Source: Calcarisporiella thermophila CBS 279.70 (lineage: Eukaryota; Fungi; Calcarisporiellomycota). From it: DNA of 64,000 bases. Location of the stretch: the NCBI RefSeq assembly GCF_041956535.1, contig NW_027192208.1:444492-508491 (forward strand). Direction: 5' to 3'. Position 1 is the first letter of the stretch. Every line of letters starts with the position of its first letter. The notes under the pieces are model-generated. The model searched no databases and was not told the origin of the DNA. It saw nothing but the letters and a program-made list of their open reading frames with translations. The translations under genes and the position numbers were made by a program. Of this stretch, positions 52,015 through 63,681 are shown piece by piece.

Positions 52015-52463
52015 AAGTCATTTGAGTATTATCATAGGAAATGCTTACCTCTGAATAAGACAATAAACAAAAATACGAAGGTGTGCATCTCGAGTAAGCA
52101 AACTGTTTATATATACACATTGCTGCGCCATAAACAATTCGCTCCAAAAAAATGAGGTTTCTAAAATTGGTTTGAAGTGCCTCAATAGGATACAATATAA
52201 ATTAAACTACTTACGAACATTAACTATATCGTTAGATAGTTTAAATGTAGGTTTCGAAGGGAGGAACTTAGAAGTAGAATGGGTTCTCCTGATAACTTTT
52301 CAAATAGTATTTGATTGTATTATAGAGTTAACTTATATTCCATGCTGCTCTATATAATATACTCTAGACTTTCATGTTTATTATATTGCGTGTGCATTTA
52401 GTATTTATGTAATAAGCTCATAAATAAACTGGCGTTATGTGATAGTAACTCAAATTTTTCAAT

Positions 52464-54379
52464 TTAAAGCATCGTTCGAACAACTGAAGTTGCGACACGC
52501 ACAAGATAGGGGACCTGTCGCTCTGGTTGCAGAAAAGTATTGTCATCCACAGGATCACAGTAGTTTCGCAGCAAATCCAGTTCCTAGAAGAGGAAGATAT
52601 TGAGATTTAGGCACAATATATCCAGAAGTTACTTGCTTAACCTTGCGAAGCATTGCCCGAAGTTTTTCATTTTTCGAGATCATAATTACTTGAGCTTCCA
52701 AATCTCTTTCCATTGACCGGTGTCCGAAGTTGGGGGAGCCAACCATCGTCAGGCAAGGTAACTCGTCTTGTGCGGGGGTACACCATAGACCTGCAGAATT
52801 CATCAGTAAACTTTGGGGAAATCGAAATAGTTAAAAGATATTATCCGAACCTTTGGCATGATAGGTCCAGCCCGGCCGATTGTATTCCTCTATAATAATT
52901 TTATCCAATTTATTGCGCTTTTTGATTTCATTATAGAAATTGTGTTCGATATAGGTATATGCGGCAGGAAGGTGTCTAGATACTCCTTTTGAATTAAAAA
53001 ATCCGTTGGCCTAGATACAAAATGTTGGACGCAGAAAAATTCATAAGCGTATTTTTTTAAAAAATAATTACTCATTTTACCTCGGGCGCTGCTGTTAGGA
53101 TTCGAAAACTTGAATTCATTTTTAAAACACGCTCTTTATATTTTTTTTCAAAATTGAAATATCCTGATGTAAGAGCAACAGACCATGGGTTTTCAATTGA
53201 ATTTCTCTGAACTATATCAAGTAGTCTTAATGTCACAACCTCATCTTGTCGTATTCCGAGAGGACCCATTTGGATTAATGGCATAACCAATGTATCATTA
53301 GAAGTAGGTGATTGATAAATCCGAGAAGAGGGCGCTTGTTGGATCCATCTCTGAATGAAATTGCGCATGCGCTTTGATGCTAAACTTTTAAACGCGATAC
53401 TTTGACGCACAGGATCTACGCTGTTGGCTGGTATACGCAGGCTGTATGGTCCACTCTCAGAATGCCTGGACGCATCAATATAATATGAAAATGAGGATAT
53501 AGTCTCGAGAAGTTTCGCGAAATAATCGGTGAGCTCAGGTGCGTCACCAAAGTATATATAGCGGTCTTGACGATTGGTAAAATAATCGCTACTTAAATTT
53601 GCTCTAGCATGTTGCATGCAACAATATTAGCAAAAATACTATAGCAAATGATGGACGGAAATAATAGTTACCCACTTAACACAAGATTGTTATCGAAGCC
53701 GTATGCTTTAATATGCTGCAAGCCGATACCTTCATTGAAGCGCTGAGGAAGTGTTCGTTTTAGTATGCCTGTAAGATCAGGTGTATGGTACAAAGATATA
53801 TGAACGCGATCTTTGAAATCGCGTACTAGAGGTGTAAGAAGAGATGCAGGACTGTTCTCACTTCCACGAGTCCCTCGTAGACAATCCATTAAAATATGCA
53901 CACGCAATTTCGAATTGTTTTCGAGCGCTTCTCTAATTGAGTTCACCTTATTAAGATGTCAGAAAATACAAGCTATATGTCGAACATTTAAATTCAAATA
54001 TTTACTAAGTCTAACTCGGCAGAGCCTATATATAATGCTGATAAGAAAATACGATCCTTTGCCTGAAGGATTGAAGACTGAACAAAGTTTTGGTTAATGC
54101 AACACACTTCATTCAGCTAAACATATAAATTCTTACCTTGAGCGTATTGTAAAACTCATCAGGAGTATAAATCGGAATAACAGCGTGACCATTTAAAGGA
54201 ATAACAGGTGCAAGATCGTACAATTCAGTAAACGGATTTAATTCTGGACTTTTCACTGTGGCTGTATCCGAAGTATTAGTGTAGGATCTGCGCAGAGGTA
54301 GCAAACATCTCAAAAATCGCGAGATTTTTGTACTATATCTCAAATTGGTTAGGACTACTCGCGATAATGATAATGCCAT
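52464..54379 (-). CDS. PGS1: CDP-diacylglycerol--glycerol-3-phosphate 3-phosphatidyltransferase, 7 exons
   Basis: RIFLSALYIG, GLQHIKAYGFD, SGANLSSDYFTNRQDRY, WTYHAKGLW, GSPNFGHRS. Confidence 0.95.
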
Positions 54380-54509
54380 TAGAAATATAATGAACAATTT
54401 TTCTGTTACTACATTATTTGCCACTTAGTTTGCATTTAAATTATGAGGCGCAGTGCCGAGTATTTTTATATAATAAATTAAGACCGATAAAGTCCGTGAA
54501 TTTGAAAAC

Positions 54510-56588
54510 ATGGGACTAGATGAGGTACGAATTTCAAGCAAATAAAATGTTAAAGAATATGTTTCAAGACTATACTTTTCAATATTTGAATAGACATCCC
54601 AAAATAGTGGCATATCCAAGGAAGAGTTTAAGAATAATTCTAAAATGGTAGACGAGGCGCGATATATAGAGGCAGTTAATAAATTAATGGATCTGGTAAT
54701 TAATATTTAACATCAGCAATCATTTTCTTTTGGTTAACATAGGATACTATCTTACCTTCTCTTATTTTTGCTAATAAGCTACACACGAAAAAAGATAGGC
54801 CTGCTCATCTGTTCAAATTAAGCGTGAACGGTGTAGCTCGTACGCGTGAGAGCTTTCTGCTTTCTGCCATAGAGCCCGCATTTCGTGCTCGAACCCTAAA
54901 AGATGTGCTCTATGAAGTACAGCTGGCTGCTGATCGCTTGAAACGGCTTGATTTATTTTCTGAAATAGATGTGCTATTGGATGTGCCAAAAGATCCTTTA
55001 GCAACGGAGGATGCTATGGAGTTAGTATTAAATGTGCGAGAAAAGTCTAGATTGTGGGTAAAGACTGGCACAGAAGTTGGAAATGGAGAAGGCAACATGG
55101 TAACTTCTAACAATTAATTCAAAAAGATATTATATAATCTATATACTTCCATTGGTTAGAATGGCTCGATTAACATTCGTAATTTATTCGGTGGAGCAGA
55201 GACTTTAGAAACTAATGTTTCTTTTGGAACGCGTACTAGTTCTGCATTTCAAGTAGTTTTTATTTATTTTCAAAATTAATATACCCCTTGCTAACCAACA
55301 GTAAAGTTTTGCCTAGCAAAACCAGTCAATGCTAGTCCCGATGCGAAGCTGGATATCAACGCTTTTAATGTAGTTCGCAATAATATGCTTTTTAATTCAC
55401 ACGAGGAAGTTATGCGGGGTATTGGGGCTCGATTTAGAGTAATATAGAAAAATATTTGCTCCACTAGTCTAACCTTACGCCCCTAATGGTTATATTTAAT
55501 ATAATATTAAGGGGATTTCAAATTTCGGATATCATGAGCTATCTTATGGAGCAACATGGAGGACTATCGATCGTTTGGCCAGTGATGCGTCATTAAGGTT
55601 AGTGGTCCAACTTCTTCATGAATCTTCAAATATAAACCCCTTACTTTATATTTCAATGTCAAGTGTTCGTGAACAAGCAGGACATTCCTTGAAATCTTCT
55701 CTCCAGCATATCTTCCAACGGGATATGCGAGATGATTCGGTATTACCATCCAAAGGTAATTTACTAATAATTAGTGTTAGTTTAACTTTTGTTAATATAT
55801 ATATATATATGTTACAATTTTAGGCTACTTTTTACGGCTGACTCAAGTAATCAATATTAGGAATCTCTCAAATGATTAGCTTCTAATATCAAAATTGTAA
55901 AAATTAAGGAATTTGCTGGTGTGGGAGGGGGCGATGTGAATTTTTTCAAAAACGAAATCGAAAGCCAGATTAATTTTCCACTTGGCAATGATTGGGTATT
56001 AAGTTTGTCAGCACGCGGAGGTTTATTACACTCTTTGAATGCTATACCGTCCAAGATTAATGACCGCTTTTTCCTTGGTGGTCCGCTGTCCGTCCGCGGA
56101 TTCCGTACATGTGGAATTGGGCCAAGGGACAAAAGTGCGTAATAAGTTACCCGCGCAATCATTTATTGAGACATTCTTTCTAAACAATTCATTTTATCAT
56201 AGAGGATGCACTCGGTGGTGATGCTTATTGGGCGGCTGGAGCAAGTCTGCTTGCTCCTCTCTATGGAAAACTTCGTGATTGGCCATTAAGATTGCATTTG
56301 TTTGCTAATGGAGGAAGTTTAATCCAAGTGAAGCCAGGTGAGTGCTCCGGAATCTTATATTTGTTTTACACATAGCTCATTATATACATTTATTATTTAG
56401 GGACGCCCGTCAAGGATTCAATTGCTTCACTTTACAGTACTCCCCCCAGTGCTTCATTTGGGTTTGGGCTTGTTTATCGCCATAGTGTCGTACGCATCGA
56501 GCTCAACTTTTCGCTCCCACTGTGCATAACCGCCACAGATCAAGTCAAGAAAGGAGTCCAACTTGGATTAGGGTTGAGCTTTATGTGA
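54510..56588 (+). CDS. SAM50: Mitochondrial sorting and assembly machinery subunit Sam50 (Omp85 family), about 11 exons
   Basis: POTRA-like N-terminus, RNLFGGAE, DRFFLGGPLSVRGF, DALGGDAYW, C-terminal beta-signal QLGLGLSFM. Confidence 0.93.
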
Positions 56589-56903
56589 AAGTTAACGTCA
56601 CCTTTTTATTTCAGGAAAAATATACATGCTGGCTCTATAATCAAATAAATTCGAATTAGAGATCTTTATTTGTTCAATCCATTACAATGATATATAATCA
56701 ATGCAGTAGCATACGATGCATATGAAAACTGAATATTTATTTCGTTTTTTTTACAAAAAACAAAAAACAAAGAAAAAAAATGAATTGAATAAATTTATAC
56801 CATTTTCTCTCTCATACTCCCGTACTCACATACAATAAAAGATAAAAAAGCTAGGCCAAACGTCCAATAAACGTATTTCAACATATCTCCAAGAAAGAAT
56901 CAA

Positions 56904-59900
56904 TTATTGTTGATTCTCGCCAGAGCCCTGCATCGAAGCATACCGTTGCTGAAGATGAGGCGGAAGTTGATGCAGCGACTCAAGCATATGAGAGGGTGGG
57001 GTCATAGGGCCCGGTGGGCCACGTGCCATTGCGGGTATTCCGTTGGTCATGCCCATTATAGCTTGCGGGGGAGGGGGAGGAGGGTGCATTCCGCCATACG
57101 CGCCAACAGCCATTTGCCGAAGTAACATTTCATTTGGAGGCAAAAACATGCCAGGATGACAGTGCGGAGAAGGTGGTAATGGTCCAGGAGTTGGTGGTGG
57201 AAATAATGGCAATCGGGCAGGAAATCCCGACTGCGGCGCGTGTGGAGATAGAGGAATACCTTCCATAGGACCTCCGTGGTGATGGTGCATTGATGGCATG
57301 CCGATTCCAGGTTGAGGCGGTGGCAACGGAGGTTGCTGCTGTTGCTGATGGTGAGATGATGGACCAGAGTCTAAGTGGTCTCCAAAACCATTACCACTGC
57401 CCTGACGGATACCCATTCCTTGTTGTGCACGTTGAGATATCTGTTGATTCTGTGAATATGGAGGAAAATTAGGCATAAATGGTGCACGCATGTGCGCTGG
57501 TTGCTGCTGCATTTGAAAGAGATTCGTTGGAGCATCGCTTGCTCCCTGAACTGGATGTGTTAGGCGGCTAAATGTGGAGGTTGCATCAGAAGTATCTCTT
57601 GAAGGGTTGCTATACTGGTCCAAGTGAGATCCTTGATGTCGTAACTGTTGTCGTTGCATCATCTCAACTGTATTTTCATTAGGCACAGTCTGAGGCGAAA
57701 CGTGTGTGTTAAGTTGGGGAGAAGTTTGTTTTACAGCAGACACAAACTTGATCGAAGGGGAAGAAGAGGCTGATGAATTTTTAGATCCAATATCTGCTTT
57801 CTTAGTAAGTTGTCGATAAACAGATGTAGGTACGTTGCCACCGAATAGAACATGAATCGGTTTTCGCTTTTCAATTTGATCATCAGAATCCTTAGCAGTA
57901 TAGCTGTCTTCTTCTTTAATCACTTGTGCAGATCCTCCAAGAGGGGTATTCTCTTGATTGGCAGGTTGAGTATTCTCAGATATTGTTGAGTGCCTTCGTG
58001 ATCCAGAAGAGAGTTCCGATATAATAGATGGGTCTGGTGGAAGCTCAGTCGTAGTTATTGAACGAAGGGTAGTCTGTGAAACAAGAACGCTCGTATCTTC
58101 GCGAGGATTCGGAGAAGTTTTAAAGTCAATTGTCAGAGAATTGGACGCGGGGGATTGTCCATCCTTTAAAAGAGTTATTTAGTCAATCACACAATTTTGA
58201 AAATGGCTGTGTGCTAACATACCTTAGCTTTAGAAAGGACTTGCATGACTTTGCTAAATCCTGCAATATCTTCTTCTGTTGGGGCTCCAGTCGGAAATGA
58301 ATATGAAGGTCCATCAACTCCCATAGATTGCAACAGTTCTGCTTCAGAGAGCATTCGGCTTTCGTCATGTGTGGTCGGGGAAAGAGGTTGTGCGGGCGCG
58401 CCAAGTGGTACTTGACTCTGAAACAGAGTCTCCAATGAAATAGATTTCGGTTGCTCTTTAAGTGGGACTGCAGAAGTATTGAAGGCAGAGCCTTCAGAAG
58501 ACCGGCTTGAAAAGAATTTAGCGAATCGCGAGCCACCAGTCTTATTGCTATCCGGATCCAAACTCTTTGCAATGGTAAGCTTAGCAAGCTTATCTTCAGC
58601 AATAGCCACGTTATGTTGGACTACAAATTTCTCAAATGCAGAGAGCGAGTCAAACGAAGGATCTCCTCCCTTCGCAAAAAAGCTGTCGGTAGCCGCGGCT
58701 TTTAAGCTTTCGGAGCGTGGTTCATCTATTAATGAGGATGAGTAAAACGAGCATTGGATTCTTTTGTGTTTCATTAATTGCATACCAGTTGATTTAGATA
58801 AAGCATTTTCAACCATCTCAGATTCGCTTTTAGATATTTCATTGTCTTTCTCTCGTGATTTAGCAAAATGCTCTGCTTGATCGATCCTCCATGACACACT
58901 TGAGTCTGCTCTTGAAGAAGTCTTGGTAGAATCCTCCTTTTTAATTTTTTCATTTTGTCGACGATCTCGCTCTTTCATGCGAGCCTTCCATTCCTCCAAA
59001 TCCTGCATAGGGGGCGCCTTCATTTCATTTCCAAGAGCTGATTGTTTATCTTGCTCAGCTGCAGGGTCATAGTCCATCCATTCAGGTTTCTCTGAGCGTT
59101 CAAAAAATCCCTGATCGTCGCGACCCGAACGTCCAGCTATTAAATTTAAAATTTATGAAAAATTGCAAATATGCAATAAAATAGGGAAAGAAAATCACCT
59201 TCTCGCTTATTAAAGTGCATATTTTCACCCTCTCTTCGCTGGCGATTAAACGTACGATCTCCCTGTCCGGATAAAGTATTTCTCTCCTGGCGATTCCGCA
59301 CCTCTCGAAAATTAAACTGTCCTTCTGAAGAAGTCTTTTCATTCGAATTAAAAGATCTTGTTTGTTGGTTTAGGATCCCACGCTGTGCCCGCGTATCTTC
59401 ACGACCAATGTTACTCCGGCCACTACGTAAATCCTCGCCCGCCTATGAGATAATTTAGCATTTTCTTAATTACAGAAAAACATTCAATATTACCTGTCGC
59501 TGTCTAAAAATATATTGGCCACTAGAACGTGGGCTGGACACAGCTTTTTCTTCACTCGAGTATTGTTTCAATCCACCAGAACTTGATGAAGCAAAATTCA
59601 TTTTGGGGGGCCCAAGAACAATGTTTTTCTCTAGAAAACATGATGTATAAATTATTGAGTGGTGTAAATTAGTGATTTATGGTTGCTTACCTCCACGAGA
59701 CTTTCCTTCAGTAAGTGCAGATTTATTCTCCCCATTTTCGGCAAACGAATATAAGCTGTCATTTTCATCGTTAGTATTTAAGAAATATACAGAAATATTA
59801 ATGAGGTAAAAAAAACCTGTCATTTCCGTCAGTATATTTTCTGTGATGTGTCTCTCTATTAGGGGGTGGATATTCCCTATTGAAAACAGAATTTCAAAAA

Positions 59901-60205
59901 TAAGTATACCTCGTTGAGATGAAAGACTCAAAAAGAGACTAAAATATGTACCCAAACCACGATTCAATTGGTGGAAGATCATCTGGCCTATTTACTAGCG
60001 GACTTTCACGAAGTGCAAGCAACATCTTCCTCGAGTATCTTAGGATTTTCTTGGAATCAAAATCGGTTGTCTTTGCTATAGGAGATGCTGCCATTGGATC
60101 CATTAGATCTCCTTCATCTGCGACTCCCGAAACATTAGATGATTTTTGTGAGATTTCGACGGATGACATAAGTTGCTCGAGATCGATTCTTTTGAAGTTC
60201 TCCAT
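56904..60205 (-). CDS. eIF4E-binding protein, 4E-T (EIF4ENIF1)-like, multi-exon, low-complexity Pro/Gln C-terminus
   Basis: YSRKMLL (YxxxxL-phi) motif, IVLGPPKMNF, EKPEWMDY, GSRFAKFFS; exons join via GT-AG introns. Confidence 0.75.
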
Positions 60206-60633
60206 TGCTTCGTTCGATCTCTCGCTTTCTTCCCTCCCTATACTGATTTTTGTTGTTCTAAGTACCCGGAAAAAAAGGCAAAAAGTAACTGTAGATGAAG
60301 GTAAATGAATTAAATTAATCATGGCAGAATTTGTAACTTACTCAATAGATGCACTTATAAAAAAAAAATTCAGGTCGCACTAAACTTGTGAATTGCTTCT
60401 CTCTTCCCTATATAACGCGAAAAGTAAAGAACATCTCTAATAGCCGCACACACTGGTCATTTTTCCCCATCATTAGATACCAACGTCACTATATCAGGTG
60501 GCTTGAATTTTGCGGCTTAGATCTTGTTTACGATTCGCATAGGAGAGCAAGACAAAATTTTCAGAGCAACGGCTTGTTTGCTGTTCCTTCTCTTTCCCTT
60601 CGTTTTTAAACTTGGAAAATAGATTAGGTCAAC

Positions 60634-61306
60634 ATGTCCGAGCAGGTATAACATGTTTGTCTTTTTTTTAAAATGATGAGCATATAACTTTAAATTTGTC
60701 AGTTGGTATAATGTTTTTTATGATTGTTTCAGGTCGAGAAAGCTTTCCAGAAGCAGCGTGGTATTTTCTTGAATCCAAAGCTGGGCGCCAAAAAGGCTAA
60801 AGGCCAGCGTTTCTATAAGGATGTTGGTCTTGGTTTTAAGACCCCACGCGAAGCAATTGAAGGGACCTATATTGGTATAAATAACTTTATTTTATAACTC
60901 TCGAGTCCCAGTGCATAATTTTGTTCAACATAGACAAGAAATGCCCCTTTACTGGTGAGGTTTCTATTCGTGGTCGTATTTTGACGGGCGTAGTTGCATC
61001 AACCAAAATGAAGCGCACAATTATTGTTCGCCGCGAGTATCTTCACTACATCCCTAAATATAATCGTTATGAGAAACGTCATAAAAATGTTGCTGCGCAT
61101 CTCTCACCATGCTTTATCGGAGTTGAGCCAGGAGATCTAGTAACAATTGGACAATGTCGCCCACTTTCAAAGACTGTACGCTTTAATGTGGTTCGTGTGA
61201 CTAAGATCTCTGCTAAAAAGGTATGAATTTAGGTTGAATATTAAATTAATATTTTGTCTAAATTTATTATATAATTTATATATAGAAAATGTTCACCAAG
61301 TTTTAA
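60634..61306 (+). CDS. RPS11: 40S ribosomal protein S11 (uS17), 4 exons
   Basis: [51 protein letters not shown]. Confidence 0.97.
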
Positions 61307-61557
61307 TTACAATCAAAATATATAATAAATGCTTTTTGTTGCCTGAAAGAATGAATAGAATATTTTTAACCACAATAATTACCCTATATGAACTTTGATT
61401 TGTATAAATTGTTATTTTCATTCGGTAAATAGTCTAAAAACAGATTTAAGATTCCCTATGATTTTGTGCTACTTTAAGAACACCTGGCTGGAGCCATTAG
61501 AGCAGTAATATTTTTTTATTATTGAAAATACCTAAAAATTCGCTTCCTTGACGGATT

Positions 61558-63000
61558 ATGTTTTCTACATTGCGAGCAATCAAAGCAACATCTACGTCCA
61601 TAAGGATTGTGTCAACATGTTCTCGACATTCACGTCTTTCAACTCAAGTGCTATCGCGTCAACCGCTCACTCAGGTTATTCGGCATCCTTCTCTATCAAT
61701 TCAACCCAAAAGAGCGGGTTCATTAAGACATTTTCAAGTATCAGCTTCTCGAAGAGCACCATTATTCCCACTTCCTTATATAATCGCACCGCTTTTTAAA
61801 TCCAATTTATTTATTGCCTCTATGGCTAAGCTTTCACAATTTTCTCTTAGTATTCTCCCGCATTCTCTTTATCGTAGACACCGACGCTCCACACAGATTC
61901 TCATTGCTATCCCGTTAATATCGCTCGGTCTTGCTGTTTTTATTGGACTAGATCACGCTCCGAATACGGGTCGTTGGCGATTATTATTTATGACTGAAGA
62001 AGAAGATTATGCTATCTGCGAAGAAGGTGCCAAAGAGATGCTGGCGAGTGTTTCAGGCTTGATTTACGATGAAAATTCCGAGTATGTACAATGGGCACGC
62101 ACAGTATGCGCAAATCTTGCACGAGTGATTGATAAAGATTTGCGCCCAGGTGTGAACGAACCGATCACTGTTCCATCTGAATTTGAGGTGTTTGTAATCG
62201 ATGACAGATCTACATTCAATGCATATGCACTTGGATCGTCCAACAAGATCTTCCTTTACACTCCAATGCTTGAACTCATTGACCACGATGATGATATACT
62301 TGCGTCAGTACTCTCTCACGAGATGGCACATATTGTACAGCGACATCATATTGAATCACAGGCGGTTGCATCGATATTGCTGATGATAGAAGACATTGTT
62401 CGCGGTGCGACATGGTACATTATTGATGCATTGGGGCCCTTTATAAATGATTTTTTCAAAAATATAATGGATGGGCTCATTGAGATATCCACTTCGACTA
62501 CTTACAATCGTCGACTTGAAAAGGAAGCAGATTTAATTGGACTTGAATGGATGGCACGTGCTGGCTATAATCCAGAGAAAGCAGTGGTATTCTGGGAGCG
62601 AATGCGAGAACTAGAGCTGTTAGTAGAGAATGAGAATATGGAGGGAGAGAAACAAAGTGGGCAAATTGTTTTAAGAGAGGGAAAGCGAACCTCTCAGAAA
62701 ATACCTGGCGAAAATAACGAAAACGAAGATGAAAGGCAAATTAGTCGATCATTTGCACAAACTGTCGACGACTGGTTTGGTGCAAGCCATCCGTCTACAG
62801 AGGAACGTATAATGTATTTAAGTGCTCAAATGGAGCATGCGTTGGTGACGTACCATACAGCACTTAAGCAGAATGGTCCTCCAAAAAGATTTTTTGAGAC
62901 AATCAAGTTGCCTGAACATAATGTTAGTGAATCGACGATTGCATACTTACAATCATGGATTAAGAATACTTTCTTTAGTAAAAAATCGTCTTCTACTTAA
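61558..63000 (+). CDS. OMA1: Mitochondrial M48 metallopeptidase, Oma1-like, single exon
   Basis: Arg/Ser-rich presequence, APNTGRWRL, HEMAH zinc motif, EKEADLIG, ASHPS. Confidence 0.85.
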   Translation: MFSTLRAIKATSTSIRIVSTCSRHSRLSTQVLSRQPLTQVIRHPSLSIQPKRAGSLRHFQVSASRRAPLFPLPYIIAPLFKSNLFIASMAKLSQFSLSILPHSLYRRHRRSTQILIAIPLISLGLAVFIGLDHAPNTGRWRLLFMTEEEDYAICEEGAKEMLASVSGLIYDENSEYVQWARTVCANLARVIDKDLRPGVNEPITVPSEFEVFVIDDRSTFNAYALGSSNKIFLYTPMLELIDHDDDILASVLSHEMAHIVQRHHIESQAVASILLMIEDIVRGATWYIIDALGPFINDFFKNIMDGLIEISTSTTYNRRLEKEADLIGLEWMARAGYNPEKAVVFWERMRELELLVENENMEGEKQSGQIVLREGKRTSQKIPGENNENEDERQISRSFAQTVDDWFGASHPSTEERIMYLSAQMEHALVTYHTALKQNGPPKRFFETIKLPEHNVSESTIAYLQSWIKNTFFSKKSSST

Positions 63001-63681
63001 AATTTCTTAATACTAGTGAAAAATAATTTATCTCAAATCTCTGCGATTATCTGCCGGAAATTTTGACCGGGCTTGGGTTATATCCTAGGATGCATGCAAA
63101 TTTGATATGTCTGCGATAGAGGATTAAGATATCAACATGGATTTCATACATATCTTAATTATCATTGATCTTAGCGGCTTAATAATTTACGACATGTTCC
63201 AATGAAATATTGGGCATCAGTTATTGTGATTTCGACATCTATATATTTTGTATCAGACACGTTTCCAAGGGCTGGCATGTTTTTACTCTGTTTTCTCAAT
63301 ATGCTGACATATACTGTGTCATAATTCATCTGTAAGCTTTTGAAGTTTCACGTTTGAAAGAATGAAAGAATGTTTTCGCATGTTTGCGATAAATATTTTA
63401 GATTTTTAAATCAAAATAGTTTTCCAATAGGTATGGAAAAAACATATCATGATATGAAATGATATAAAGAACCTAATAAACCATCCATGTAGATAATTTG
63501 AAATGTTGTCTAAAAGCAGTGGGCATATTTTCATATTATATACCTATGATTCTGCTAGTATAATGTACACCTTGCCCAAGCTCAATTTCACCAGAATCAG
63601 TGAATTAATGAAGTTCAATTTGAAGAGGTTGAAGGGCGCCCAATTAAATTTTCGAACAAAACGACTCCCATATGTTCTATA

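Larger units (their letters stand above)
51440..52300 (-). ncRNA. Spliced, probably non-coding snoRNA host gene (5 exons; ends approximate)
   Basis: GT-AG introns 52214-52161, 52048-51882, 51853-51680, 51651-51488; internal exons 112, 28, 28 nt; AATAAA at 51461-51456; no convincing ORF; three introns contain C/D snoRNAs. Confidence 0.75.

Noticed and set aside
51971-52195. 74 aa minus ORF (and 52172-52357 plus ORF)
   Set aside because: Non-ATG starts, cross predicted splice sites and a snoRNA, no homology
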